Program-made: the position numbers and the translations under genes
The notes under the pieces: model-generated
Database searches by the model: none
Seen by the model: the letters and a program-made list of their open reading frames with translations, nothing else
What the model was told of the DNA's origin: nothing
Origin: Saprolegnia diclina VS20
Taxonomy: Eukaryota
Direction: 5' to 3'
Assembly: GCF_000281045.1 (NCBI RefSeq)
Contig: NW_008246100.1
Location: forward strand, 339,013-388,221
DNA: 49,209 bases
Shown here: positions 19,795-31,392 of the stretch, in pieces
Layout: each line of letters opens with the position of its first letter
Position numbering within the stretch: position 1 is the stretch's first letter

Positions 19795-21905
19795 ATGGAC
19801 CGACACCACACCGTCGACACGGTACTACCTGTCCCCAGTCCGATCGTTCGCTTAGGCCACGTACATTAGCTCGGCCAGTCGAGCTTGATGCAGACCATCC
19901 AAAACGGTGACCTTGCGCAGGTCCAGCGACTTGTTGCGGTCGACAACCCCGAGGCGAAGCACCTCCTCGTGACGACGCAGCTGGCTGCAACGACGGAGCA
20001 GGTACTTTAGCCGTCTACACTACGCTCTCTGCACGTGACGACGTCTAGTTGGGCCAAACAGCACTCCACGTGGCTTGCCTCTACGGGAACGTGCCGATTT
20101 TCCAGGCCTTGCTCGACGTCATGCCGGACGTCAACGTCCGCGACAAGGTCCGTCCGCTTGCACCTACACTAGGTGGCTCATCGCCTTGTAGGCGGGTGCG
20201 ACAGCGCTGCACTATGCGATTACCACCCGACGGGAGGGTGTCATCTCGGCGCTCATGGCCGCGCCGGGCGTCGACATCAACGCCGTCGACGAGGTGCGCG
20301 TCACAAAATCATTTCTTATTATAAAAAGTGTCGTGTAGGCCGGCAATACCTTGCTGATGTACGCATGCTACTGCAACAACGTCGCCCTCGTCCAGACACT
20401 GCTCGCGGGACCTCGTCGCTTGAGCTTCACGCAGTACAACCACGTACGACAAGCGCGCTCTTCACCAACGTATATTGAGCGCTGAGCTGTAGGCCGGGCT
20501 TTCGGCGCTGCACATTGCAGCGCAGCGAGGCTTCTCCAGCTGCATCCAAGAGCTGCTCGATGCCAACATCTTTGGCGTGAACGCCACCACGGTACAAAGG
20601 TCGTCATCTCGCAGCGTCTTCTCATGTTTGATCTAGTTGGACGGCCGCACGTGCCTTATGCTCGTCAAGAATGCCGTCGAGACGGCTGGGATGCTTCTGC
20701 GGTACCCAGGCATCGACGTCAACCTCGCGTCCGAGGTAAAATGCGAGCATTCTCAAGAAGCTTCACGCGAGATGTTGCAGGACGGCAACACTGCCCTCTT
20801 GCACGCCTGCCTCGGTGGTCATGACGACATGATTGCGTACCTCCTGAGTCTCCGCTCGGTCGACGTGAACGTGACCAACGCCGTGCGACGTCCTTTATCT
20901 GTTCATTTGGTCATAAAGTCCTCCGTAGAGCGGCGACTCGGCGTTCCGGTTCGCCGTGCGCACTGAGAATGCATTTCTCGCCGCCCAAATCGTGCAAACC
21001 ACCAGCTTTGACGAAGAGCACGTGACGCCCGAGGTGCACAGACCTTCATAATCCCAGCTGACGTTTGGGGACGGTAGTGCGGTCCTATTGCACTCTCCGT
21101 CGCGTGCGCTTTGCAGCGTGTCGGGCTCGTCCGTCGCCTCGTCGCGTCGCCGCACACCGACTACAACTACAAGGACAAGGTACGACAAGAATGCGGGGTC
21201 TCGAGTTCAACAAGCTGGGTAGAACGGACTCACCGTGCTGCTCCAAGTATGTTTGAGCCCCTCCACGGACCTGACGATCTTGAACATTTTGCTGGCGCTG
21301 CCCAATGTGGACACCAACGCGACAGACATGGTACTATTGTCCATATCCAAAGAGTATATGGACGACGTGTGCATGGCTAGCGCGGAAATTCGTGCCTCAT
21401 GGTCGCCGTCCGCAACGACCGCGTGGATCTCGTGCGTGCACTCCTTGCAGTTGAAGCCACCAACTTCAACTTTGCCAACGAGGTAAACGGTTACCTCGAA
21501 TGGTACAACCGCAGTACGCGATGCACAGAAGGGTGATACGGCGCTCACCATCGCATGCGAACAAGCCAACTACCCGATCGCCGAAGTCCTTGTCGCGCTG
21601 CCGACGCTCGACGTCAACCACCGGCGCAAGGTCCGTCACTGCATCGAATTTGTCGCTGAATGAAGACGTAGGACAATCGACCCGCGTATCGCGTCGCGCG
21701 GAAGAAAGGCGTGCGAAAGATTATGCAGCTGCTCACGACCCACCCGGCGTTTGAAATGCCACCCGATGCCGACGAGGATGCGATCGGCGACCACGACTGG
21801 ACGCTCCGAGGCTGCCTCCGCGAAGTGGGCGCCTTCTTCCTGATTTTAGGCCAGATTTGTCAGCCCTGCGCCTGGTGCTGCTTCGGGTACGCCATTTCTG
21901 ATTAG
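19795..21905 (+). CDS. Ankyrin-repeat protein B, 14 exons (one repeat per exon), about 505 aa, with a hydrophobic Cys-rich tail
   Basis: Exons 19795-19821, 19870-20001, 20049-20147, 20192-20293, 20339-20443, 20493-20591, 20637-20735, 20781-20882, 20929-21033, 21078-21179, 21223-21330, 21381-21482, 21529-21630, 21672-21905. All introns are GT-AG, phase 0, 41-50 nt. Confidence 0.88.
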
Positions 21906-22199
21906 CATCGAGCGACTAAGAAAAGCATTGTACCTGCGTCTCCTCCTACACACAGCTATTGTCGGTGGGGCGATACAGTGTCTGAGGCCAGGGGTTCACA
22001 TTTGGTGGATGGGTATAAGACACTGGTTAACCACAGGTAGATCCGGGTTCCAAAGAGAGCTTCTCTGTCTGATGACACCCAAGGGGCCCTTGGTGCACCC
22101 TGCCTCGTGCTATTGTTGCATCGATGAGGGTCATTCTGCCTTGAAAGGCAGCGCTCCCGATCTGCTGCGAGAGTGGACGACACAGAGATACACTAGCAA

Positions 22200-25100
22200 C
22201 TAGTACGCAAACGTGACGTGTTTGGCGTCGACGTAGAGGTGCCCGAGCCCCGGATTGATCGCGTGGACAAGACCAGATGCGGAGGGACCGTAGACGCAGC
22301 CTCGTGGCGTGACCGAGAGCAACGTTGCGGGCCCGAACGGCGTCTGGATCGGATCACCGTGGCGCATCTCGAGCGCTTGGTCGTGGGCGTCGACAGAGGA
22401 GAGGACAATTCTGTACAAAATATCGTCGACGCGCAACGTCGCAAAGCCAAAGGGGAACCGCACGCAGAGCAGACCGCGTCCATAGCTACGTGATCGGAAT
22501 GATGAACTATACCACTAGGCGATCTCGTACTTGGTGGCCGTGACGATGCCGCAACCAAAGAGGCGGCACATCACGCGGTCGCTCGGTTGCAGGATGCTCG
22601 CAGGGTTCAGAAACGCCGACTGGGCCCAAGCAAATTTGACTTCGATCTGCGCTCCGGCATGCCGCACCGCGAGCACAACGGCAGGACCGAACACAGTAGC
22701 AATACTGTCTCCCACACCTAGCACGGTCGCTTCGACCTGTTTCCATCGCCATTGAGAACGTACTGGTGGTCGACGCATGCGCGGGCGGTAAATGGCCTTT
22801 GGCAACGAGGAGCTTATAAGCGACTTTGACGTCCATGATGAAGCGGTGGAGCAAGCCAAGGACATAGTCGGAGCTCGAAGACGGACTCTCGCCGAGGTAC
22901 TGCGCGGCTTGGAGCCACGCTTCCGTCATGACGGTCACGTCGTCTTGGAGCTTGGCGAGGTCCTCTGCGATATCTGCGGCTTGCTTTTCCATGACCGTCA
23001 CAAAGGGAAGGACAACGGGAGCGACAACGACTGGCGTCGTCGCATTCGTTGGAACATTTCGCGTTTCCTTGCGAATCGCGGCCAAGAGAGCATTACGACC
23101 TCCCGTAGCACTCGGCTCGGGCGAAGCAGGTGTCGTTGGAGTTGACTTTGGCTGACGAAGCGCAGTCATGAGAGCAGCACGAGAGTTGTCTGTCGCCGCG
23201 GCAGTCTTTGCTGTTGCCGAGTCGGGGCTTGGTGTGCGAAGGGCAGCCATGAGAGCAGCACGGGGGTTCTCCCCGCCGGCCTCGTGGGTCGACGCTTTCT
23301 TTTTGATCGCAGCAAACAGCGCTGCGCGAGGGTCTGCGGGTGGAGAGGCCTCGGCGGCACGACTCGTCGATTCCGTCTGGTTCTCAGAGCGCTGGCGAAT
23401 TGCTGCCAGCAACGCATGCTGCGGAGTGGTGGCGGGAGGACTGGCAACGTCTTTAGTGTTGGCGTGCTGCTGCCGGATTGCTGCGAGGAGGGCCCCCCGC
23501 GGTGGCGCTTCGTCGCCTTCGTCGATGGCGTCGACCGTGCTGGCTTGGCGACGTATGGCCGAGAGCAGCGCCGACCGACCTCCGGAGGGCGCCACCGAGT
23601 TTTGCCGGACGATCGCTTGCTTCTGTTGATTTTGCGCCTGGTGCTGCGCACGCTCCCAAAGCACGTGCTCTTGAAGCTTCTCTTCTTTGATTTCGTACTT
23701 GAGGTTGGCCAGACCTTTTTGCAGCAGCGCACACTGCGAGAGGCAGAGCACGTTCGAGTAGCGCTGCGCAGTCTCAAGTGATGCAAACTCGTGCAAAATC
23801 TGAAACAAATCCGTCTCACCGCGTGCCTAGATACAGTGTATAAAACAGTGTAGTTTGTCAACAACGTACGTGGATGAGCGTCATGAGGTACTGAAGAAGC
23901 GTGATACTTTGGTCCATCGAGCGCGTCTCGGAGAGCTACGTAGCATGTCGCATTGGTTCCAATAACGGTGTTGCAACATACCTTGAGGAGCGAGGCGAGG
24001 GTGACGCCTGACGCGTCGGCGTGCTCAGTGCCCTCGTTGAGCACGTTGCCGAGCGCGAGGACGATCTCAAAGTACCGGGGAAGCCGCTCGCTTTGGAGAA
24101 TGTCTCTCGCAGCGACCGCAATCGCTTCGAGTTGCTGGCGCAACGCCGCTGCCATGCTCTTGTACAGCACGACGTAGAGAAGCGACTTGATCTAGTCCCA
24201 CCATAAGTTCTCACATGTACCGCAGCAAAGGTTCTACTTTTTCAGCCACGCGCGGCTGCTTGGCGAGCTCAATCAGGAAACCTTCGGCAGGATCCGTGAC
24301 TTTACCCCGAAAATTGCTGTAGCGCTTGGCCTCAGCTGGCGTCGGTGCAATCTCATCCAGTGTTTGGAGTAAATCCACGTGCAAGATGGAAAGGTCGCAC
24401 GCCGTCAGCGCAGCGATGACGCCGCTGACGCCATTCGCGATCGATTTGAACCGGCTGAGCGCAATGTTGATGTTGTTGGAGCGCCGCGCGTCAAGGGCCG
24501 AGAAGCCTGCTTTCGACGCCGTCTTTTTCATCGATTTCGTCGTTGTATTGTCGCCAAAGAGGTCAACGAGGCGGTCGAGGTCGCTGCTCGAGAGGGCCAT
24601 CGGCGCCTTCCGCCGCTTGTCGGTTTGGCGGTGCCAGATGGACGACTGGACATCCACCTTTTTCGCGTCCAGTGCGGTCCAATGCAGCTTGCGGAGGTTG
24701 CTCTTCTTGCGCAACAACATTGGCGAACGACTCGACGCTGCTGGGCCGTGGCTTCGCGCGCTAGATATCGTCTTCATACACCTCCACGAATGCGCTCGCG
24801 GTGTACCTCGTGCTTGCGCCGGTCGGGTCCAATGCTGATGTAAAGACGTGGATGATGTCGGCATCAATGTAGTCCTGCTGCATCTTTTGCCCGACGGCCG
24901 ATGCGGGGACGCCAAATGATAACATCTTGAAGTACTTGTCCATGGACGGGTTTTGTCGCAGCGCCTCGAGCGCCGCGTTCTCTCCGCGTCCGTCCGTATG
25001 TTCCTGCCGCGCCGCCAGCTACGTCAAATCGATTGGATGCAAAAAGTCTCTGCAAACGTCTACCTCGATATCGAGCGCCTTCAAGTAGCAGCGGTCACAC

Positions 25101-27110
25101 ACGTAGCCGTCGTCGCCCGACCGCGGCAGTGGAATGACGTGGCGTGTGCAATTGGCACAACACTGCTTCAAGCACATAGGACACTCTTGCGCGCGGCGAA
25201 AGAGAGAAAAGGGCTCCATGCATTGGCCACACGCCGCGTCCGACCGCGCCCCGAGCCACGACCCAAACAGCAGCTCTAACAGAAAACACATCGCCAGGTA
25301 TAGCGACGTCACGACTCGAACTGTACCAGAGTAGGAGGTTTCCGATTCTTGCGGGATTACGGGTGGGCGCTGCTGTTGTAGCAGTCGCTCCTCGTCCGCC
25401 TCGAGCTCGGCGATGATGGTGCTCGTGGCGCTCAGCGCACGCTGAATGACGAGCTTCCAGCAAATGGCCTCGGCGGCGCCTCGGGACGCCTCCCACGCGT
25501 GGACATAGTCGGCAACAGAGACGACGCGGGCGCGGTAATAGACGTGCTTGGACCACACCTAGGCCTCGCCCATGGGTGGTGTACGCAAAGAGAGGACGCA
25601 CCATCGTATTCCGGTTGTCAATGAGCAGTGAGAGACACTGATGCGATGGCAAGGTCGCACGGATGAGAAGCTCGGTCCACTGCGTTGAGGCGGACAGCGT
25701 GAGCACGGGGCTCACGGGCACCTCACCGCACTGCAGCGAGAGTCGCACCTGCGCGCTATTTCCCAAAAGCCGCAGCTGCAGCGCAACCACCAAATTTGAC
25801 GCCGCGTCGTTGCGCTCCCAGAGCGGGATCGCGAGCGATTGACTGCGGCGAATGACCACGTCGATGATCGGTTGGCCGAGGAGAAGGTACCGCATCGGTG
25901 TGCACTCGCGAATCGACTCGAAGGCGTCGGGCTCCGACGCGCCATCAAAGCGCAGTACATCTCCTTCCTCGACGGGGTCGCTCAGCACAAGCTCGGACGT
26001 CGCAAACGGCGCCATGGCATCTTCCATGTATAGCGTGGGTGGAAATGTCGAGAAGGACACATTCAGGTCGTCTTGGAGCGGCGCAAGGGCAAACGTGACG
26101 CCGTGCAGCGCCGAGAGAAGTGAAATCGCCGCCTTGGCGCGCGTATACGACCCAAGAAACGCCATTTCGGGCTCGTAAAAGCGGGCGACGAGGCTGCGGC
26201 GCTTGATCAGGTTCTCGAGCGCACGGTGCAGCAGCCCGCGGTTGAGCGCGTAGAAGAGGAAGGCGCGGGCTCGGCTCCAGCCCACGTAGCGCATCGACGG
26301 CGGCGGCGTAAAGAGCTGTGCGTCGGCCACCACGGACGCATCGTCCCGAAGCACGTCACGCGTTTGGATGAGAAAGCCAAAGTACGCTTCTTCGGGCCAC
26401 TCGTCGTACATATCGGCGGGCTACATGCATCCATAGCTTAAGGCGGATGATAGATTCAAACGTACGTGCACGTGGATACCGTGGCGCAAGATGGCTTCGA
26501 GCGCGAGGACAAGGTCCCTTGCAGCACCCGCATGCAGCGGCACGTTGGGCTGCTCCATGAAGAGCGAGACAGTGTCGACAACTGCGGTCTCGAGACGCTG
26601 CAAGAGCGCGTCATGCGACGCCGTCGTCCGCGGGCTGCGGAAGGCCTTGGGGCGGTCGACCGCGCTTGTCGAGCGGGCGCGGTAGACGTCGTTGTTGTAC
26701 TTGATGTTGTACTCGTTCGCGGCTTCCCGTGCGGCGTGGAGCGCCTGGTGCGTTGTCCATAGCAGGCGGTAGCTCACCTCCTTGGTTCGGAGCCGCGAGT
26801 ACTGGTTGTCCCATGTGAGCACCACGAGGCTGCCGACGGGAACGTCCTCGAGGATCCCTTCGACGAGCTTATCGACTGCGTTGTACCGGTGGCGGAACTG
26901 GGCGCATGGCTCGCCGTCGACCTCGACGCGGAACCCAATATCGAACGCATGCACCGCAAACTGCCACGCGAGGACGCGCTCATGCGCCGGCGCCTGCGTC
27001 GGTACCGCGATCGTCTCTCCGCGCGGGACCCTGAGCATCTCCATGGAGATGGCCTGCAGGAGGAAGGACGCGGGCGTCGGCAGCGCGTCTAAGGCGTCCG
27101 TCGTCGTCAT
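22200..27110 (-). CDS. Multidomain formin: GOLD - RUN - GOLD-like - FYVE - KYFKML motif - FH2 (with WH2-like array) - C-terminal T-x-F-G beta repeats; 11 exons, 1484 aa
   Basis: Exons 27110-26466, 26420-25602, 25558-25327, 25275-25064, 25018-24807, 24760-24238, 24191-23982, 23935-23870, 23826-22764, 22717-22531 and 22485-22200 join in frame (4455 nt). GOLD: WQF..DIGF..LTWDNQYSRLRTKEVSY. RUN: RARAFLFYALNRGLL..FYEPEMAFL. FH2: LRKLHW, SIW, LDARRSNNINIAL, LALGNVLN, SLLKLSETRS, TLLQYL, YLGE. Confidence 0.85.
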
Positions 27111-27664
27111 CCGCCGCCGAGATCGCGCGAGATTCGCAACGAGGATATGAAACCTCTATAAGAACATATAACAATATTTCTTATTGACGATATCCGTTGA
27201 TAGAGGTATTCATTGATTTGGACCAAGTTCTCGCTTCGCAGCGCGACGCAATTGCTTGATGCAAGCGACGCTGCACATACAACAAGAGAATCCGTCTTAG
27301 ACAGCAGTCCTATAGAGAGCTAGCGAGCTCGTTTTTGCTATCAGGCTTTGAGGACATGATTACGATCTGCAGTAGTACCGCACGTTCCAAGTACAAACAC
27401 ATTCGCAACACTCAAGCTAAAGTCGCTCGCGTGCAGGCTCGATGAGCTGTGGATGCGGAGTTTGCTTCAGTGTTCACGAGAGTTCGACTTGGTAGAACCT
27501 CTGAGACTGCATACTTCCACCGAAAGTATCTTTTTTGGATTAAAATGCCATGTAATATCCAAAAACCAGGGACTCTCTACGTGTTTGTATGTAGAAAGGA
27601 CCAAACGACGGAATTCCCTTTAAAAAATTGGCCCATCTATTTCCGGGAGTGCCAGTTTGACAGC

Positions 27665-28610
27665 ATGGCGGCGGCGACCGACGTCTGCGCGCGGCAAAGC
27701 GCCAAGCTCGAAGAGCTCATGAACTTCCTCGGCTACGCCGTCCTTGACGATGGCTACAAGGGCGTGGTAGACACGGCTGCATGCATGCTCCATGAACGCC
27801 TCATGCGCTTGGTAGGTCGTCTTCTCGTTCCTCAACCACGCGCGGCAAATTGTCTGCGTCCGCTCTGTGGACACGACTGCGAGTAGGCTTCGACATGACG
27901 AGCTGCGATCTCTCACGGCACATGGTAGAGATCCGCATCTACGCGTCGCGGCCACCGCCGCAGACGGACTGCGTGGACATTGCGCTGACGATTTCGGATT
28001 TTCTGCACATGTACAGTGGCGAGCTCACGGCCGCCGAGATCGCCGGGCTCTGCATGTCGGGCAAGGTACTACTCGTGCATGCACGCATCCAGCGGCTAAA
28101 GGACATGCATACTAGGTCCAAGTGCGCTGGACCGCGTACGGCAGCGTCAAGGCGTTTGCCGATTCGTTTGACTTTTCGCCGGAAAAATGGGCTGAGTTTT
28201 ACGACCACTTTGGGCTCGACCCGAATTACGTCGACTGGATCGAGTGCACGATGCCATGCTGCGCGCCACCGCCTGCCTGCACGCAGGTACGTCTTGGCCT
28301 TTGTGAAAAGTAAGGTGCTGACGGGACGCGGTAGGAGGAGATTGACTCGAACTGGCAAATGGTCAAAGATTCGGTCTTGCTCCCATCGAACGAGCTCGGC
28401 TGGGAACTCGTGTCGGAGGTCGAAGTCACGACTGTCGTCAAGAGCCCGGATGCAGCCGCGGCCGCCACCACGGAGGCCAAACAAGATTGGATCAGCGACG
28501 GCCTCAAGACCATCAACCCCCATTTTGTGCAAATGCAAAACACGGTCAAGAAGAAGATGTTCAACATGAAGGAGTACGCCGAGAAGTTTCTTGTCTCGAT
28601 GGACATTTGA
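27665..28610 (+). CDS. Hypothetical protein, 4 exons, about 258 aa
   Basis: Exons 27665-27815, 27887-28065, 28116-28286 and 28335-28610 splice in frame with high GC3; no domain recognised. Confidence 0.65.
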
Positions 28611-28932
28611 GCAGAACTCGTCGTCCATCGTGCGGCCTCGAACCTACTAAATGACCGAATTCCGGATTTTCCGTATGCAATAAATATATATGAGAACAAA
28701 TATATACACAACGACGAGACAACGCTTTGGTCATGATCTATGGTAGCTGCTCTACAGCCGAGTGAGCTGCGACTTGGGAAGCACAAGGACAGTCCTGAGG
28801 TCAGTCCGAAGTTTGTGCAATCAGATTGGCCAAAACAAAACGCATCCAGCAGATTACATTGGACAAAAAGAAATGTTTTTGGCCAATTGAAAGGCGTATC
28901 AACCGATTTGGGTTTTGGAGCGAAAGGTGAAC

Positions 28933-31109
28933 ATGGAGGCAAGCGCGCTCTTCACGATCGCGACGGAGCTCCAGGCGCTAGGCAAGGACACGGACGCGCT
29001 GCGCTGCTTCCTCGTATGACGCTCATGCGCGAAGCATTCGATGGCCTCATGCAATGTACTAGGCCATGCGCCTCGCGCGTGCCAAGCTGCACTTGAAGGC
29101 CACCGAGACAGCCTTCGTGGATCTTTGCATCGCTGAGCTGTACCTGCAGCTCGCCTTGACGCACGCCGACGATCATTCTTTGCACATGAGCGCCATCAAA
29201 TGCGCCCAGGACCTTCCGCATGCGGTGCCCGCCTTCGTGTCTGACATCCTGCCCGTCGATGCACTCGAGGTACTTGGCTTTTACTGGCAGCTGGCGCTCA
29301 CGATGTCATCAGTGGGGCCCACGGCGCCTACGCTGCAAATGGATGCTGCTCACGCTCCAGAAAGCGTCCCACAATGAACGCGTTGCGATCTTGTGCGAAG
29401 GTGCCAATACATGTGACGGTCAACCGGAGCTCGACGCGTGGCATGCGTGGTTCGTCGCCACGCTCCAAGACCAGCTCGACGATGTGCACGCCGCTGTGCT
29501 CGATCGATCGATTGCAGCATCCACGTTTGGCGACGTGGCGGCCGCCGCGTACCGCCTCGCTGCACACACGGCCGACGCTACCTTCAAGGTACATGCACCC
29601 TTTGATCCACATCTTGTTGACGCCATGGAGCCTAGCTCTGGCTTCTCGAGACGCTGTGCCACTCGTTCCTGGCGGCCGACACGCTCGTTGTCGAGAGTGC
29701 AACAAAAATGTTTGATTTTTGCAGCCAGTTTGCGCGCCAAGTTCAGGACGCTTCGCTCTCGTACTACTTTCACTTGGTCCGCTTGCTCCTCTACCTGCGC
29801 CAAGGCAGCATCATCGAGGCCAAAGGCTTTCTCGACACCATTCCAAAGGCGCCAACAGGGACCAATCCGTTCTGGGCGCTCTATGCAGCCTTTATGGCGT
29901 TCCGGCTGCAGTGCTACTACGACCCCAACCAAGGTCTCGCCCTCGCGGCCAAGCAAATGGCCCGCTGGCCGCCGTACCTCGCATCGCCCAACTCGGTAGC
30001 GTACCTGCGCTACAGTGCGCTTGCGCTTTTCGAGACGTACGAAGTCGCATGCGTTATCTTGGACAGCCAAGGGCGGTTCGGGGAGCTCGCCGACCTTGCC
30101 ACGCGCCTCGTGGACCTCTGCGCCACGTACCGACACATTGTCGTGGCGACACCGCTCGTTGTTGCCCGCGTGCACATCGTTCTGGCGCGGGTACGACTGC
30201 TTCTTTGAGACTGCATGATGGCTCACTCTGACGTGGGCTCTTAGTATGCCCACTCGCTGAATGCAATGGACGCGGCCGTGACGCACATCAACTCGGCGTT
30301 TTCGCTCTTGCTGACCGAGACGCCCGCGTGGCCGCAGCAGTCGGACGCGAGCTTGCTCGTGCTCATGGGCATCCTCGACGTGGCCACCACGATTGCGATC
30401 GATCCGCTACCAGTGCTGGACCCGGCTGGCACCATCGTCGTCGATGTCTTGAGTGATGATACGCCGTCGGACATTGGCGGTTTTTACCCGACCGAGAACC
30501 TGCTTGAATTTGCGGCCGGTATCCTGCGGGACGCAGAGCTGCGCAAGCTCATTTACGACGGCCCGTCCAAGGAGGTTCGCGCCAAGGTACGCCAGAGACT
30601 CTCTGAAGTAGCGTTTATCGAGTATGTTGTGCTAGTACGATTTGTATCTGGGCAAGTGGCTCTGGGCCAGCCACGCATTGGGTATGACGGGGTCGTACCC
30701 GGAGCTGGACGGGCTTCGCAGCTTTGGCCTCTCGATTCTCCAAGACTGCCTCACGCTCGCCAGCAGCGCCATCAACTGCAGCAACACGACGGCGGCCATT
30801 ATGGTGCTCTTCGGCCCCAAGCTCGCGACGAGCGGCAAGGTCGATGAGGGCGAGCACACGCTCACGGACGCGCTCAAGATTGCGATCCACACCAAGAACG
30901 TGCGGCTCCAGCTCCAGATCCTGGTCGAAGTCCACGCGTCCTGCGCGCGCAAGTACGAGGCCAAGCCCCAGTCGGTCATCGCTGACAAGTACAAGAAGAA
31001 GCTCGCGTCATATGCGCGCAAAGTGCTCCGTGCGCAGTATGGCTCGGAGGCCTACCGCCGCCTCCTCAAGTGGACGCTGCCGAAAGAACCAGCAAAGAGC
31101 GACGCCTAA
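28933..31109 (+). CDS. Helical TPR-like protein, probable cohesin loader MAU2/SCC4; 6 exons, about 644 aa
   Basis: Exons 28933-29013, 29063-29269, 29313-29588, 29636-30190, 30245-30586, 30636-31109. The N-terminal LFTIATEL..ALRCFLA and C-terminal LTDALKIA..NVRLQLQIL segments resemble MAU2, and the size fits. The gene model is solid; the identity is tentative. Confidence 0.55.
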
Positions 31110-31147
31110 GCCACGTAACATAGAGTCTACAAGGAATACGTGTTGGC

Positions 31148-31392
31148 TTAGAGGCGCGAGATGGCGGTCGTCGCCGTGCGCACGACTTGCTGCGGCACGT
31201 TGTCGACTCGCATCGCATGGGCAGCGGCCGAGCCCGTCATTTCCGCCTACGTCACGCGATACATGGGCCTGTGGCTATAGCAAGAGAGAGGTGTACCATG
31301 AAGCGCAGTTCGTTCTCAAAGGAGACTGTGAAGCGGCCCACGAGGAGGCTCGCGACCTTGGCAAAGAGCTCCATCGCCACGTTCGCTGCCAT
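31148..31392 (-). CDS. 64-aa two-exon microprotein ending in PTS1 (-SRL); absent from the ORF track
   Basis: Exons 31392-31297 and 31246-31148 with a 50-nt intron gtacac..acgtag: MAANVAMELFAKVASLLVGRFTVSFENELRFMAEMTGSAAAHAMRVDNVPQQVVRTATTAISRL*. Codons are GC3-rich. Confidence 0.65.
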
